64,000 bases of DNA from Eledone cirrhosa (GCA_964016885.1 OZ024743.1:205096001-205160000), one strand, 5' to 3'. Numbered from the stretch's first letter, positions 21,901-33,497 are shown. A program made the numbers and translations. The notes: generated by a model not told the origin, from the letters alone.

Positions 21901-23345
21901 TTCCTTGACTCATTGCCTAGCAATCCTGAACACCTCACGTTTTTGGTCCTCGCGTTGTAGAACATGCTTGAACTTTCTTTCCTCTGCTTCCCTTCTTGCG
22001 AAGTACACTTGTCTCCTAGCTTCCCTCCTGGCCACTTGATAGTCTTCTCTACTTCCCCCATCCCGCCATACTTTCCAAGCCTGCTTTTTGGCCTTAATCG
22101 ACTCCTCCACCTTACTGTTCCACCACCATGTTACTCTCCTCCTGCCTATAGGCCTGCTCCGGCCACAGACTTCGTCTGCCGCCATCAGCAGGTTTGCTTT
22201 CAGGAATTCCCACTGTTCCTCTATATTGTACGACTCTAAATGCTCTTCCTTACTGTCGAAAGCATCAAGTAATATGCTTTGAAATTTATTTCTGGCTGTG
22301 GGGTCCTTTAGCTTCCATATTTTTCTCCTGAGGATAGTCCTCTTCTGCTGTCGGGTACGTCTCGTCCTGACTATGAGGTCGCTAATTATCAGTCTATGTT
22401 GGGAGGTGCATTCTTCATGGGGGAGGGATTTAGTGTTTACAACAGTCACTCTGTCACGTCTTCTGGTAAGGATATAATCTACCTGGCTGGTATGTTCCCC
22501 TGATCTGTAGGTGATCAAGTGATTGTCTCGTTTTTTGAAGTTAGTGTTACAGATTGTTAGGTTATTTGCGTCACAGAATTCCAGGATTCTGGAGCCTTCC
22601 TCATTTCTAGTACCAAACCCATAGCCTCCATGGATTCCATCATAGCCGTCACAATGTTGTCCAACGTGACCATTTAGGTCGCCAGCAATAATTATATAGT
22701 CACTGTCGGTTATTTGGGAGGTAGTGAGCATCAGTGTCTCATAGAAAGTGTCTTTTATAGCGCCAGGCAGTCTGGATGGGGGTGCGTACGCAGATATTAT
22801 CGTCACAGTAGTTCTATTTAGAACAAGTCTTATTTTAATTATTCTGTCGTTTACTCTATTTACGTCTATTATCTTATCCGCCCATTTTTCTGCTAACATG
22901 ATTCCTACCCCACCCAGCCCATTGTCATTTCCCACCCAGAAAAGCTTATAGCATCGTTTTTTATCCACAATGAATCTAGCAGACCCGCCCCTCCACCTGG
23001 TCTCTTGGATGCAGCAGACATCAACCTCCTTACGTTCAAGCATTTCTACAACCTCGTTTGAGCGGCCTTTTAAGGTCCCTACATTCATGGTACCAACTCT
23101 GAAGTTTTGGATTGCGTTTGGTGTATGGGGTGCAGGGAGGGGTGAGGTTGATGGGGTTGGGGTTATGTTGGCCATCTGCGGCCGCAACAAAGAGGGTGGG
23201 GCTTTGCCCTTTCGTCCGGCAGCATGAGGTGAATTTGTCGTTATCTTTTGCATTGTCTTCGGGTGTCCAGATTCTTCTGACTCTCCAGAAATTCCCTAGT
23301 TCATCCATCATATCGAAAAAGCAACCAGAAGTGTTAGCATAGGTC
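18951..23345 (-). mobile_element. Near full-length RTE LINE (family A), disrupted
   Basis: APE endonuclease in ORF 21910-23253 (GTMNVGTL...CIQETRW...AGDLNGH...VDYIL...HRLI). RT in 21526-21729 and 19697-20743, then Cys-rich insert, C-terminus, 3' UTR and (CAT)n on the plus strand. Contains stops, frameshifts and a nested insertion. 5' boundary approximate. Confidence 0.9.
20816..21526. mobile_element. Unclassified ~0.7 kb insertion inside the RTE RT, flanked by 8-bp direct repeat TAACAGTT
   Basis: Splits the RT motif IINC/YKSKGDALDRSNYRGI. TAACAGTT at 20808-20815 and 21527-21534. No clear TIRs or coding similarity. Confidence 0.75.
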
Positions 23346-23912
23346 GTTTACTTGTGATTGGTCCAAATAATAAGGTGGAGAGTGGGGGCGGGAGGGAGGG
23401 AGGGTATGGGGTAGTTTGCGAGGAGCAGAATTATTTTTAGAACAACGGTGAGACAGAACAGAATTATAGAAAGCCAATTTTGAATACGATTTTTTGATTC
23501 TGGGGGATTGTAAGATATATAGATGAATGAACCGAATGTGGAGAGTTGAGAAGAAAATGAGATATGTACGTTACATTTCGTAGAAGAAAAACTGAACAAG
23601 CGACCATCAATAATAGTTGACAAATTCTGGGTTTAGTCCCCCGTAACAAGACCTATTTATATTTGGTTGGCAAGGAGTGAGGGGGAGTGTGAGAGCAGCG
23701 TATATGATAGTGAGAGTGAGGGGGTGAGAGGGTGAGAGGCTATTTCAGCAGGCCGAGAGAGAGAGAGAGGCCAATCCCTAATTTAACCTGGCGTAATTTT
23801 TTGGCCAAAATGGTTGCGGGAATATTATTTAGAATTATAGAAAGACAAACAATTATGAACATGATTTTTTGATTCTGGGGGATTGTAAGATATATAGATG
23901 CGAGGAGCAGAA

Positions 23913-23951
<39 letters not shown>

Positions 23952-24061
23952 CATCTATATAGATATATATATATATATATAAATATATATATAGATGTAT
24001 ATATATATATATATATAAATATATATATAGATGTATATATATATATATATATATATCTATA

Positions 24062-24112
<51 letters not shown>

Positions 24113-24264
24113 GGGTACTATTTATGGTTATGTATATACTAAAACTTTTTATAGTTATGTATATTTTAAACCCTAAACAGTGAAAGACAGTAATTTATTA
24201 CTACCTTATTACCAGTAAGATAAATAGCTCAATGTAATAACATCAGTTGTTCTACAGAGCAGTT

Positions 24265-24339
24265 ATATAGAATTCACAAGAATCAAAGCATTTACAAGTG
24301 AATAAATGCTTTGAACATAGCTTTGATTCTTGTGAATTC

Positions 24340-24344
<5 letters not shown>
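24265..24344. repeat. Inverted repeat, 25-bp arms, ending a TA-embedded unique island (about 24107-24344)
   Basis: ATATAGAATTCACAAGAATCAAAGC ... GCTTTGATTCTTGTGAATTCTATAT with a 30-nt spacer. Confidence 0.9.
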
Positions 24345-24378
<34 letters not shown>

Positions 24379-24380
<2 letters not shown>

Positions 24381-25820
24381 GAATCAATGGCCGAGCTAGA
24401 GAAGAAATTCCAAACATGGAAGCACGGCCTAGAATCAAAAGGCCTTAAAATTAATCTGGCTAAGACCAAAGTTCTAGTTTGTAGGAAAGAAAATAAGGCG
24501 GCGATCCCTTCCGGGAAGTGGCCATACTCAGTGTGTAGGAAAGGCGTAGGTAGAAACTCCATTTTGTGTCAGAAATGCAAAGTATGGGTGCATAAAAGAT
24601 GTAGTGGGATCACAGGTAAGCTAACCAAGAACATAGATTTCACATGTGGCCGGTGCTCTGGTGCAATAAGTAGCAGCAAGTGCCCACAAAATACTAGCTC
24701 TTTCAACTGCGCAGAGGGCTCTATAGAAATAGTGGACAGCTTCCGTTGCCTGGGTGACAAAATCAGCAGTGGGGGAGGGTGCTCTGAACGTACAGTAGCT
24801 AGAGTCAGAACTGGATGGAAAAAGTTCAGAGAGCTTATACCACTATTAGCCGCTAAAGGGTTCTCCCTAAAAATGAAAGGCAGGTTGTATAATGCCTGCA
24901 TACGAACAGCAATGTTGCATGGCAGTGAGACCTGGGCATTGTGTGCAGAGGATATATGCAGACTAGAGAGGAACGAAGCTTGCATGCTCCGCTGGATGTG
25001 TAATAGTAATATACGTGAACGGCAAAGCATAAACGAACTAAAGAAAAAATTAGAAATAAGAGGGATCAGATGTTGTTTACTCGAGAGAAGGCTACGTTGG
25101 TATGGACACGCGATGCGCATGAAAGTCGATAGCTGTATAACAAAGTGCAGGGCAATAAAGATAGACGGTAGCCACGGAATAGGCAGACCTAGAAAAACCT
25201 GGGACGAGCTGATAAATTCCGACCTCACACACTTACACCTCTCCAAGACAATGTCACTGGACCGAGACCTTTGGCGGTACTCAGTAACAGAGAAGACCCG
25301 CCTTACCTAAATACAAAGTAAAACCTACTACAGTCAGTAGGCATCACTAACAAAATACACCCCCGTCCCACCACCCCCACCCCATCCACACCGCCCCTTT
25401 CAATGTAAAGTTATGTTGGTGCCACAACATCCAGGCCGAAACAAATGAGATCGTGTAGGTGTCATGACAAAAAAAACACTCAGTCCACGCTGTAATGTGG
25501 CCGTGTAGGCAACACGGTAAAAACCTCCCAGCCCCACACTGTAAATGTGGTTGGTGTTAGGAAGGGCATCCAGCTGTAGAAAACCCGCCAGACAGTCCAC
25601 GCTGTAATGTGGCCGTGTAGGCAACACGGTAAAAACCTCCCAGCCCCACACCGTAAATGTGGTTGGTGTTAGGAAGGGCATCCAACTGTAGAAAACCCGC
25701 CAGACAGTCCTATGCGAGCAATGACAACCACTCTTGCCTCAAGTGGGAAAACTCCCGTCCAAACCCATGCAAGCGTGGAACACGAACGTTAAACGTTGAT
25801 GATGATGATGATGATGATGA
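24379..25820 (+). mobile_element. RTE LINE (family A), 5'-truncated
   Basis: ORF 24387-25310 is the uninterrupted Cys-rich insert plus RTE C-terminus. 3' UTR has a 112-bp tandem duplication and a (GAT)n tail. Confidence 0.9.
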
Positions 25821-25978
25821 TATATATATATATATATGTATATATATAGAGAGAGAGAGACATCTGTGTATATATATACATACATACGTGTATCATCATT
25901 CATCATTTTATTTTACCTCCGCTTTTTCCCTGCTTGCAAGGGTGGGTCGGGAACTGATTCTGGCTTGATTGACATCAA

Positions 25979-26036
<58 letters not shown>

Positions 26037-26543
26037 TGTATATATAGATGTATATATAGATGTATATATATATGTAGATGTATATATATATATATATATA
26101 TAGATGTATATATATATATTTATTAAAATAACAGATTAAAGTTTAAGCAAAGAATCGCTGCTTTCACCCTTAACGGGATTTTCTGAAACTAACAAAGTCA
26201 ATCTGTGAACGCAGAAGTGGATATTTCAAAAAACGTTGCAACCGGAGGAAGACAGGAAGACGATACTTTGGTTCGTGGAAACATTTCCTGGCAAAGAACG
26301 GGAAAAAACGAATATAATACGTCATTATTTGGAGCGGTGAAAAACAATTACACGCAAAGACAGAATCACGTTTATGGTATAAAAGAAGTCATAGACTAAT
26401 ATTCTATTAGGTGGTTCATAGAGACGTTCTCTGACAATGAACGGAAAAAACGAAGATAATACATCATATGTGGAGCATAGAGAACAAATGCACGCAAAGA
26501 CAAAATCACGTAAATGGTATACTGAAGTCGTAGACTAAAATTC

Positions 26544-26575
<32 letters not shown>

Positions 26576-26600
26576 TAGAGGTATATATATATATATATAT

Positions 26601-26922
26601 GGAAGCACATGGCTTAGTGGTTAGAGCATTGGCCTTGCAATCGAAAGGTTGTGAGTTCAATTCTCAGACCGGGTGATGTGTTTTTTCCTTGAGCAAGACA
26701 CTTTATTTCACATTGCTCCAGTTTACTCAGCTGTAGAAATGAGATGATAGGGACTGCAAAGTGGTCGTGGAGGTGCCATGGCAAAAAAAAGCACCCAGCA
26801 CTCACTGTAAATGAGGTTGGTGTTAGGAAGGGCATCCAGCTGTATAAATCAAGCCAGAGTCAGTTCCCGTCCCACCCTTGCAAGCAGGGAAAAGCGGACG
26901 TAAAATGATGATGATGATGATG
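26601..26922 (+). mobile_element. tRNA-derived SINE with RTE-B 3' tail
   Basis: A box TGGCTTAGTGG, B box GAGTTCAATTC, central CCTTGAGCAAGACACTTT motif. Tail CCCGTCCCACCCTTGCAAGCAGGGAAAAGCGGACGTAAAA(TGA)n matches the end of the LINE at 1-795. Confidence 0.85.
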
Positions 26923-26979
26923 ATATATATATATATATATACATATATAGAGGTATATATATATATATATATATATATA

Positions 26980-27013
<34 letters not shown>

Positions 27014-27028
27014 TGTATATATATATAT

Positions 27029-27076
<48 letters not shown>

Positions 27077-27462
27077 AGATGTATATATATATATATATAG
27101 ATGTATATATATATATATAGATGTATATATATATATAGATCTATATATATATATATATAGATGTATATATATATATATATAGATGCATATATATATATAT
27201 ATATATATATAGATGTATATATATATATAGATGTATATATATATATATATATAGATGTATATATATATATATATATATATATAGATGTATATATATATAT
27301 ATATATATAGATGTATATATATATATATATATATATAGATGTATATATATATATATATATATATAGATGTATATATATATATATAACGAAGGAAATGTGG
27401 TAAGGAACCAGATGGACCATAATGCACCAAAGTACTCAATACTTAGGGTAGTAGAGTGGGTA

Positions 27463-27597
27463 ATAGGAACGAGTGGGACCCCGACGGCTGAGCTCAAGCC
27501 GTTTCGACGGCTAATTCTGGACGCGTTTAGAATTAGCGTCCAGAATTAGCCGTCGAAACGGCTTGAGCTCAGCCGTCGGGGTCCCACTCGTTCCTAT
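27463..27597. repeat. Perfect inverted repeat, 62-bp arms, 11-nt loop, containing the 3' half of a hammerhead core
   Basis: Arms 27463-27524 and 27536-27597. Each contains GAAAC-GGCT-tgagctc-AGCC-GTC. Confidence 0.9.
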
Positions 27598-27616
27598 ATA
27601 TATATATATATATATA

Positions 27617-27672
<56 letters not shown>

Positions 27673-27746
27673 TGTGTATATATATATATAGAGAGAGAGA
27701 GATGTGTGTATATAAATATATTTTGATGTATATATATATATATATG

Positions 27747-27801
<55 letters not shown>

Positions 27802-27954
27802 GTATAGATTTTGAGTTTATGTTGGTTGTATACCAACACCTCAGTATGCAGGCTGGAGCACTCGACGAAGTGCGCAGGTTGGTTTGGTTACTCCGGAGTA
27901 GTGTAAAATAAAGTTAAATAAAAGTCAAATGATTAAAATTTAGCTTCGTTTATT

Positions 27955-28009
27955 ACTGCTATATATATTTCAGTGACAGCCATCTTTGACTGTTACCTCT
28001 TCAGGCAGT
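27955..28009 (-). ncRNA. Minimal type I hammerhead ribozyme motif (mirror copy)
   Basis: Reverse complement of 28230-28284. Confidence 0.75.
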
Positions 28010-28229
28010 TTGAATTAGTATGGTATAGACAAGTACATATGTTGTTTAGGTGTATAATATTGTCAATACTCTGATATGCCCAGTTCCTTGTTGGGTTGTT
28101 AATTTACTGAGGAACTGACTCCAGTTCCTCAGTGAATTAACAACCCAACAAGGAACTGGGCATATCAGAGTATTGACAATATTATACACCTAAACAACAT
28201 ATGTACTTGTCTATACCATACTAATTCAA

Positions 28230-28284
28230 ACTGCCTGAAGAGGTAACAGTCAAAGATGGCTGTCACTGAAATATATATAGCAGT
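28230..28284 (+). ncRNA. Minimal type I hammerhead ribozyme motif
   Basis: ACTGC-CTGAAGA-GGTAACAGTC(aaagat)GGCTGTCACT-GAAA-TATATA-TA-GCAGT. Stem I ACTGC/GCAGT, palindromic stem III, immediately followed by AATAAA. Confidence 0.78.
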
Positions 28285-29038
28285 AATAAACGAAGCTAAA
28301 TTTTAATCATTTGACTTTTATTTAACTTTATTATACATACGTATATATAGATGTATACAAATATACATGCAGACACACACACACACATATAGGTGTATAC
28401 AAATATATACACTTATATAAATATAGCTATAGATATATACACATATATATCATCATCACCATTATCATTTTATGTCTACTACTTTTCCATACTGGAACAG
28501 GTAGGACCACACACACAAACACACAAGTTATATACATTGGATTTTAAGTAGGCTATACATAGATCTACTGTACTATAAGATTATTTCTTCTTTGCCCACT
28601 TATTCTCGAGGGAGGGCGGAGCGGGCGTGAGAGCAGAGTCCTCAAGTACGCCTTCTATCGAGTCCTGTGAGAAGCAACTGTCTCCAATTGATCCAGCTAG
28701 ATCCTCTAGTGAAACCAGCTGAGCTTAAGATGTTTGTTTTTTTTTTCTCAAGAGGAAAGAAATGTGTATTTCAAATAGTTTTTTTTTGTTTCTAAAATAT
28801 TTGAAAGACATATTTCTTTTACCTTAAGGAAAAACAAAGAGACAGGTTTAAAATGTACAAGAAATAATATGAATGGAAAAATATGGATGATATAAAATCT
28901 GTCAAAAACCGAAATGACAGAGTTAATGACAATTATCGGTAGGCAAGGCATTGACAATTATTTGAAGTTCTAAAAAAAAAAAGTGAAAAAGAAAAGAATA
29001 ATAATATAATAAAAAAAAGGGCTAAAAAGGCTAAAATT

Positions 29039-29189
29039 CTAAATAGGTGATAATGAAAATTTTTCATGTTCCGTGAGTTCAGGATGCCAAAAATCAACAA
29101 TCAATACAATTCGGTTCTTATTTCCTTGATGCCAAACTTCATGTTCAAAAGAATCATCAAATATTATGAATTCTCCTTCTTTCCAATTC
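29039..29189 (-). CDS. ASPH: Aspartyl/asparaginyl beta-hydroxylase, last coding exon
   Basis: NWKEGEFIIFDDSFEHEVWHQGNKNRIVLIVDFWHPELTEHEKFSLSPI-stop matches the ASPH C-terminus (DDSFEHEVW, WHPEL). AG acceptor, phase 2. Confidence 0.95.
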
Positions 29190-30059
29190 CTGAGTGAATA
29201 AACAAACAAAATGGAGGATGGTTAAAATGGTTTTGGAAAAGCTGGTACAAACATCATCATCACCACCAACAACAACACCATCACAACCACCACCACCTCC
29301 AACACCATAATCACTACTGCCAACACCATCACCACCCATATTTAAGGGTCTTCACCCTATTTTATTACATCTCCAGGTATGAGTACATCATTCTGTATAA
29401 TTAACATCTTCTCAGCCCGTCGTAAAAGTCCAAAAGATCAGCTCCATACACAGTGTTTGTTGACATTTAAAAGCTGTGATTCAGCTCCCTAATTTAAGAC
29501 AGTAAAAGTTGTCACAGTCTCTTGGTTTAATGCTTTAAAACATCTAGCTGGTATCTGGGAGATATGAGGTTCAATTCCTCATAACAACCGATGGCAACTT
29601 CTTTTTCTGTCTTTTAAGGGTCTTCACCCTATTTTATAAGCTATTTCATACCATCCCTGTTCATGAGCACATCACACTTTTTACAAACTTTATCATCTCA
29701 GCACTTTGTAAAAGTCTGAGAGACTGGCTATATTTGCATGATTTTTATTTATTTATATAAACATATATATTAATAGAAAAAAAAAAGAACCAATATCATC
29801 ATGTGTGTGTATATATATATATATATCTATCATCATCATCATCATCATCATCACCGTTTTACGTCCGTTCTTCCACACTAGCATGGGTTAGACGGGTTGT
29901 CCTGTTGTGGGCAGTAGCTGGTCAGCTGACCATGCCTTGCTCATACGGGGACTGATTCTGACTTGATTTCTACAGCTGGATGCCCTTTCTTAAACCAACC
30001 TCATTTACAGTGAGTGCTGGGTGCTTTTTTCCGTGGCGCCTACACGTCCACTTTACATT

Positions 30060-31100
30060 ATAATAATAATAATAATGAAATTATTGTGTACAGTGCTCAG
30101 GTGCACTACAACTCATCAAAGGTGCATGTATAGTACATAGAATAATGTACAAATGTCAGGAAAATGAACAGTGTACAAGTCATGAAATACATGTGTGCAT
30201 GTGTATGGAGCGGGGATATCAGGTATAGTATTGGCGAATCTCAGGAACCATGGAGGTCTTAAAGGATGCAGTGTCTCGACAGCTAACAACTGATGCAGGG
30301 AGTTTGTTCCATGCTTCAGCAAATCTGAGCGTGAAAAAATGTTTCCGAAAGTTATGGCAGCTGTGCTGTTTTCTGATTTTGTTGGCATGCCCATGTGTGT
30401 TAGACACATGAAAATCAAAAAGGTGCTCAGGGTTGTTGTTGGCAAGATGGTTAATAATTTTGTGGGTGTTTACCAAGTCAGTTGCCAGACGTCGGAGCTT
30501 CAATGTATCAATGCCCAGGGAAGCAAGGTATTCAGAGTATGGTAGATGCCTGATGGAAGGTATTCGCTTGTTTGCATGTCTCTGAACAGTTTCCAGACGG
30601 TCAATGTTCTGAGCAAGATAGGGGTTCCAGACTGGTGATGCAAATTCTAAGTGTGGCTGCACCATAGCTATATACAGCTTTAAATAGATAGCTGAAGAGC
30701 GGCTGGCAAAGGTCTTGCTGAGTGATGATAAGACACCCCCGGCTTTCTTGACAATTTTAGACGTGCTTCGTCCAACGCAAATCACTGCTGACAGTAATGC
30801 CCAGGTCACATTCACAAGAAGACTTCTTGATATTAGTGTTGTGGAGGGAGTATGTGGACGCTGGGTTTTTACTCCCAAAATGCATAGTAGTAGACTTGCC
30901 CACAGCCAAGTTGAGTTGTCAGTCCATGATCCATTGTTGCATTGTGTCCAGATCAGATTGCAGGAAAGATCTATAATGTTCAGGATCTATCCTTTTTATC
31001 TCAAGGTACAGCTTGATGTCATCGGCATATTTCAGTACTGTGGCATTCTTTAAGTTGGCATCTATGTCATTAATGTATGCCACAAACAAAAGGGGGCCAA
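30060..31100 (-). mobile_element. CR1/L2-group LINE 3' fragment, degraded
   Basis: LGPLLFVAYIND...YADDIKL; LYIAMVQPHLEFASPVWNPY...LETVQR; FFTLR...WNKLP; (ATT)n tail. Confidence 0.85.
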
Positions 31101-31215
31101 GAACATACACACACATGTATATATACACACATACACATTATATATTCCTGAATGCACTTTATAGCACTTGATTTATGAACAAAAATAAACAATTTAGTAT
31201 AATATAAGACATTAC

Positions 31216-31346
31216 CTTGTTTTATTGCCAACTCTTATTTTAACACCAGATGGCACTACTAAACCAAGATGGGCTCTTAAACGACAGTTTGTTGGACCAC
31301 AATGTGGCCACACATGACTTCCTGGTTTCATGATGGAAAATTTCAC
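31216..31346 (-). CDS. ASPH: ASPH exon (catalytic domain)
   Basis: VKFSIMKPGSHVWPHCGPTNCRLRAHLGLVVPSGVKIRVGNKT(R). AG/GT junctions, 131 bp. Confidence 0.95.
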
Positions 31347-31619
31347 CTGCCATACAAAAGATAAAGATGTTTCAATACAAACAGTGACATTTACCCAAGT
31401 TATCTCAGTTAATCTTGCTATATGTGACATGTAGGTGTTATATAAACAGTGACATTTACCCAGGATAGCATGCAGTGGGATGAAACCCAGGACCTTCAGA
31501 TTACAAAGCAAACTTCTAAACCATTCACCTATGTGGTGCCAACTTTTGAAGATAAGGGCACTGGATGAGAGCTGACCTATGATTAAACAATATTAGCAGT
31601 AATAAAAAGATATTCTTAC

Positions 31620-31711
31620 CTGTCCTCTCTTACAGTTGGTAGCTTCATGTAAATGATCTAGTAATGCACACGTTTTAAGGACATTTAAACAACCTTTTTT
31701 CATTCGCTCTC
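31620..31711 (-). CDS. ASPH: ASPH exon
   Basis: (G)ERMKKGCLNVLKTCALLDHLHEATNCKRGQ. AG/GT junctions, 92 bp, phases fit neighbours. Confidence 0.92.
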
Positions 31712-31907
31712 CTGTAAATAGAAATGAATAATGGTAAGATAACCTGACAGATACTGATCAGGAATAATAATGACGATGATGATGATGATTATAAATGGTG
31801 ATGGTGGTAGTGGTGGTGATGATGGTTATGATTGTGGTGGTGGTGACAGTGACAACAATGATCACAATTATCATTGTCTTTCCATTATTACATATGTACA
31901 CCCATTA

Positions 31908-32180
31908 AAGGCACATGGCTTAGTGGTTAGAGCATTGGGATTGCAATTGTGAGGTTGTGTGTTCAATTGTCGGACCGGGTGATGCGCTGTGCCCTTGAGC
32001 AAGACACTTTATTTCACATGGCTCCAGTTTACTCAGCTGTAGAAATGAATTGTAACGTCACTGGTGCCGGTCTTTGCCTTTCCCTTGGACAACATTTGTG
32101 GTGTGGAGAGGGGGGATTGGTATACATGGGTGACTGCTGGTCTTCCACAAACAACCTTGCCTTGACTTGTGCATCGGTGA
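31908..32180 (+). mobile_element. tRNA-derived SINE
   Basis: GGCACATGGCTTAGTGGTTAGAGC head, GTTCAATT B box, CCTTGAGCAAGACACTTT core. Confidence 0.75.
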
Positions 32181-32216
32181 TGATGATGATGATAAGAGAT
32201 AAAGAAACTGACTCAC

Positions 32217-32352
32217 CTCGTTGGTAGAGTGTCATCTGTCTCCACATTCCTCTTTCTAGAAGATTCTCAGCTTCCTCAATAAAATCTGACCCAGAATAAT
32301 CAACATATTCTAAAACCTCGTCTCGAATCATTTCCCAGTTATCTTGAAGAGT
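32217..32352 (-). CDS. ASPH: ASPH exon
   Basis: TLQDNWEMIRDEVLEYVDYSGSDFIEEAENLLERGMWRQMTLYQR(G). AG/GT junctions, 136 bp. Confidence 0.93.
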
Positions 32353-33497
32353 CTAAGAAAATAATAAAATGAGAAAATAAAATAAAAAAAAAAAGAAATT
32401 TGGTTTAAATTAGATCACACACACACACAAGATTTTTTGAAAATATATTTCATTACAAACATATTTTTATATTATTACATAAACAATAATTGGATTGGCA
32501 GTAATCAGCAGAGCATTGGACAACATGCTTTGTGGCATTTAGTTATGGCCCTTTACGTTTTGACTTCAAATCTTGCCGATGTTAGCTTTGCCTTTCTTCC
32601 TTACAGGATTGATAAAATAAGGTACCAGTAATTCACTGAGGTCAATTTAATTGATTTTACCCTACCCCCAAAATTGTTGATCCTGTGCACTGCCCCAAAT
32701 GTACGGAAGTTGTAAGGGAACGCCGCTCACCCAAGTGGATGACGGACTTTGACATGGCGTGATATGATGGGATGATTGATCCCTGAGGTGGATGAGTGGG
32801 TGGGGCTAGGGTATTGGAAGTGCAAGGGAGGTCTTGCCAGAAGCGAGGGGCCAGTGACATCACATTGGAAGTGTGCACGGTCTTTTCAGGCTCTTTTTTC
32901 GTCATGAAGCTACAACATGTGGCTATGTGTGTGCATGAATGAGTGTGTGAGGCTTGCTGTATTCTTTGGCTAGACATAAAACAGGTGAACATCCGAGCAG
33001 GGAGATTCAGTCAGGACACTTGTGGAGACGCAAAGGTAGGTCCTTTTGATTTTTACAACAATGCCTAAATGAGAAACCAGTATATGGATGTCTTTGTCAT
33101 GTTTGCTTAGATTGTCATGTACTGAGTCAGGTGACATGGCTATGTCATGTACTGAGGCTAGACAGGTGTCATGGCCATATCTTGTTCATATGTTCAATTT
33201 TTGGCTTGGATTCTACAGCTGGATACCCTTCCTATTGTCAACCCCTTTTATAGCATATACTGGGTGTATTTTATTGTGGCACCAGCCCCACCACCTTACA
33301 GGGTGAACTGAGTGCCTTTTGTTGTGGCACCAGTACTGACACCTTACAGAGTGGACTGAATACTTTTTGTTGACACCAGCACTACCACTTTACAGAGTGG
33401 ACTGGGTGCTTTTAATCATGGCAACAGCACTACCTTATTAAAACACTAGGGTAATGATATTTAAAAATGAAATGAAAAAAAAAAAACGCTAACAAAC

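Larger units (their letters stand above)
27907..28332. repeat. Near-perfect palindrome, about 211-bp arms, 4-nt loop (inverted pLTR-like remnant)
   Basis: Arms 27907-28117 and 28122-28332, loop ACTC, one visible mismatch near the loop. Lies in a TA-flanked island starting at about 27801. Confidence 0.92.

Noticed and set aside
24168-24177. Telomere-like AAACCCTAAA
   Set aside because: Single occurrence, no array.
26601-26675. tRNA genes (here and at about 31908, 34421-34781, 48521, 53501)
   Set aside because: A and B boxes are present, but the cloverleaf pairing is poor and each runs into a SINE body; treated as SINE heads.
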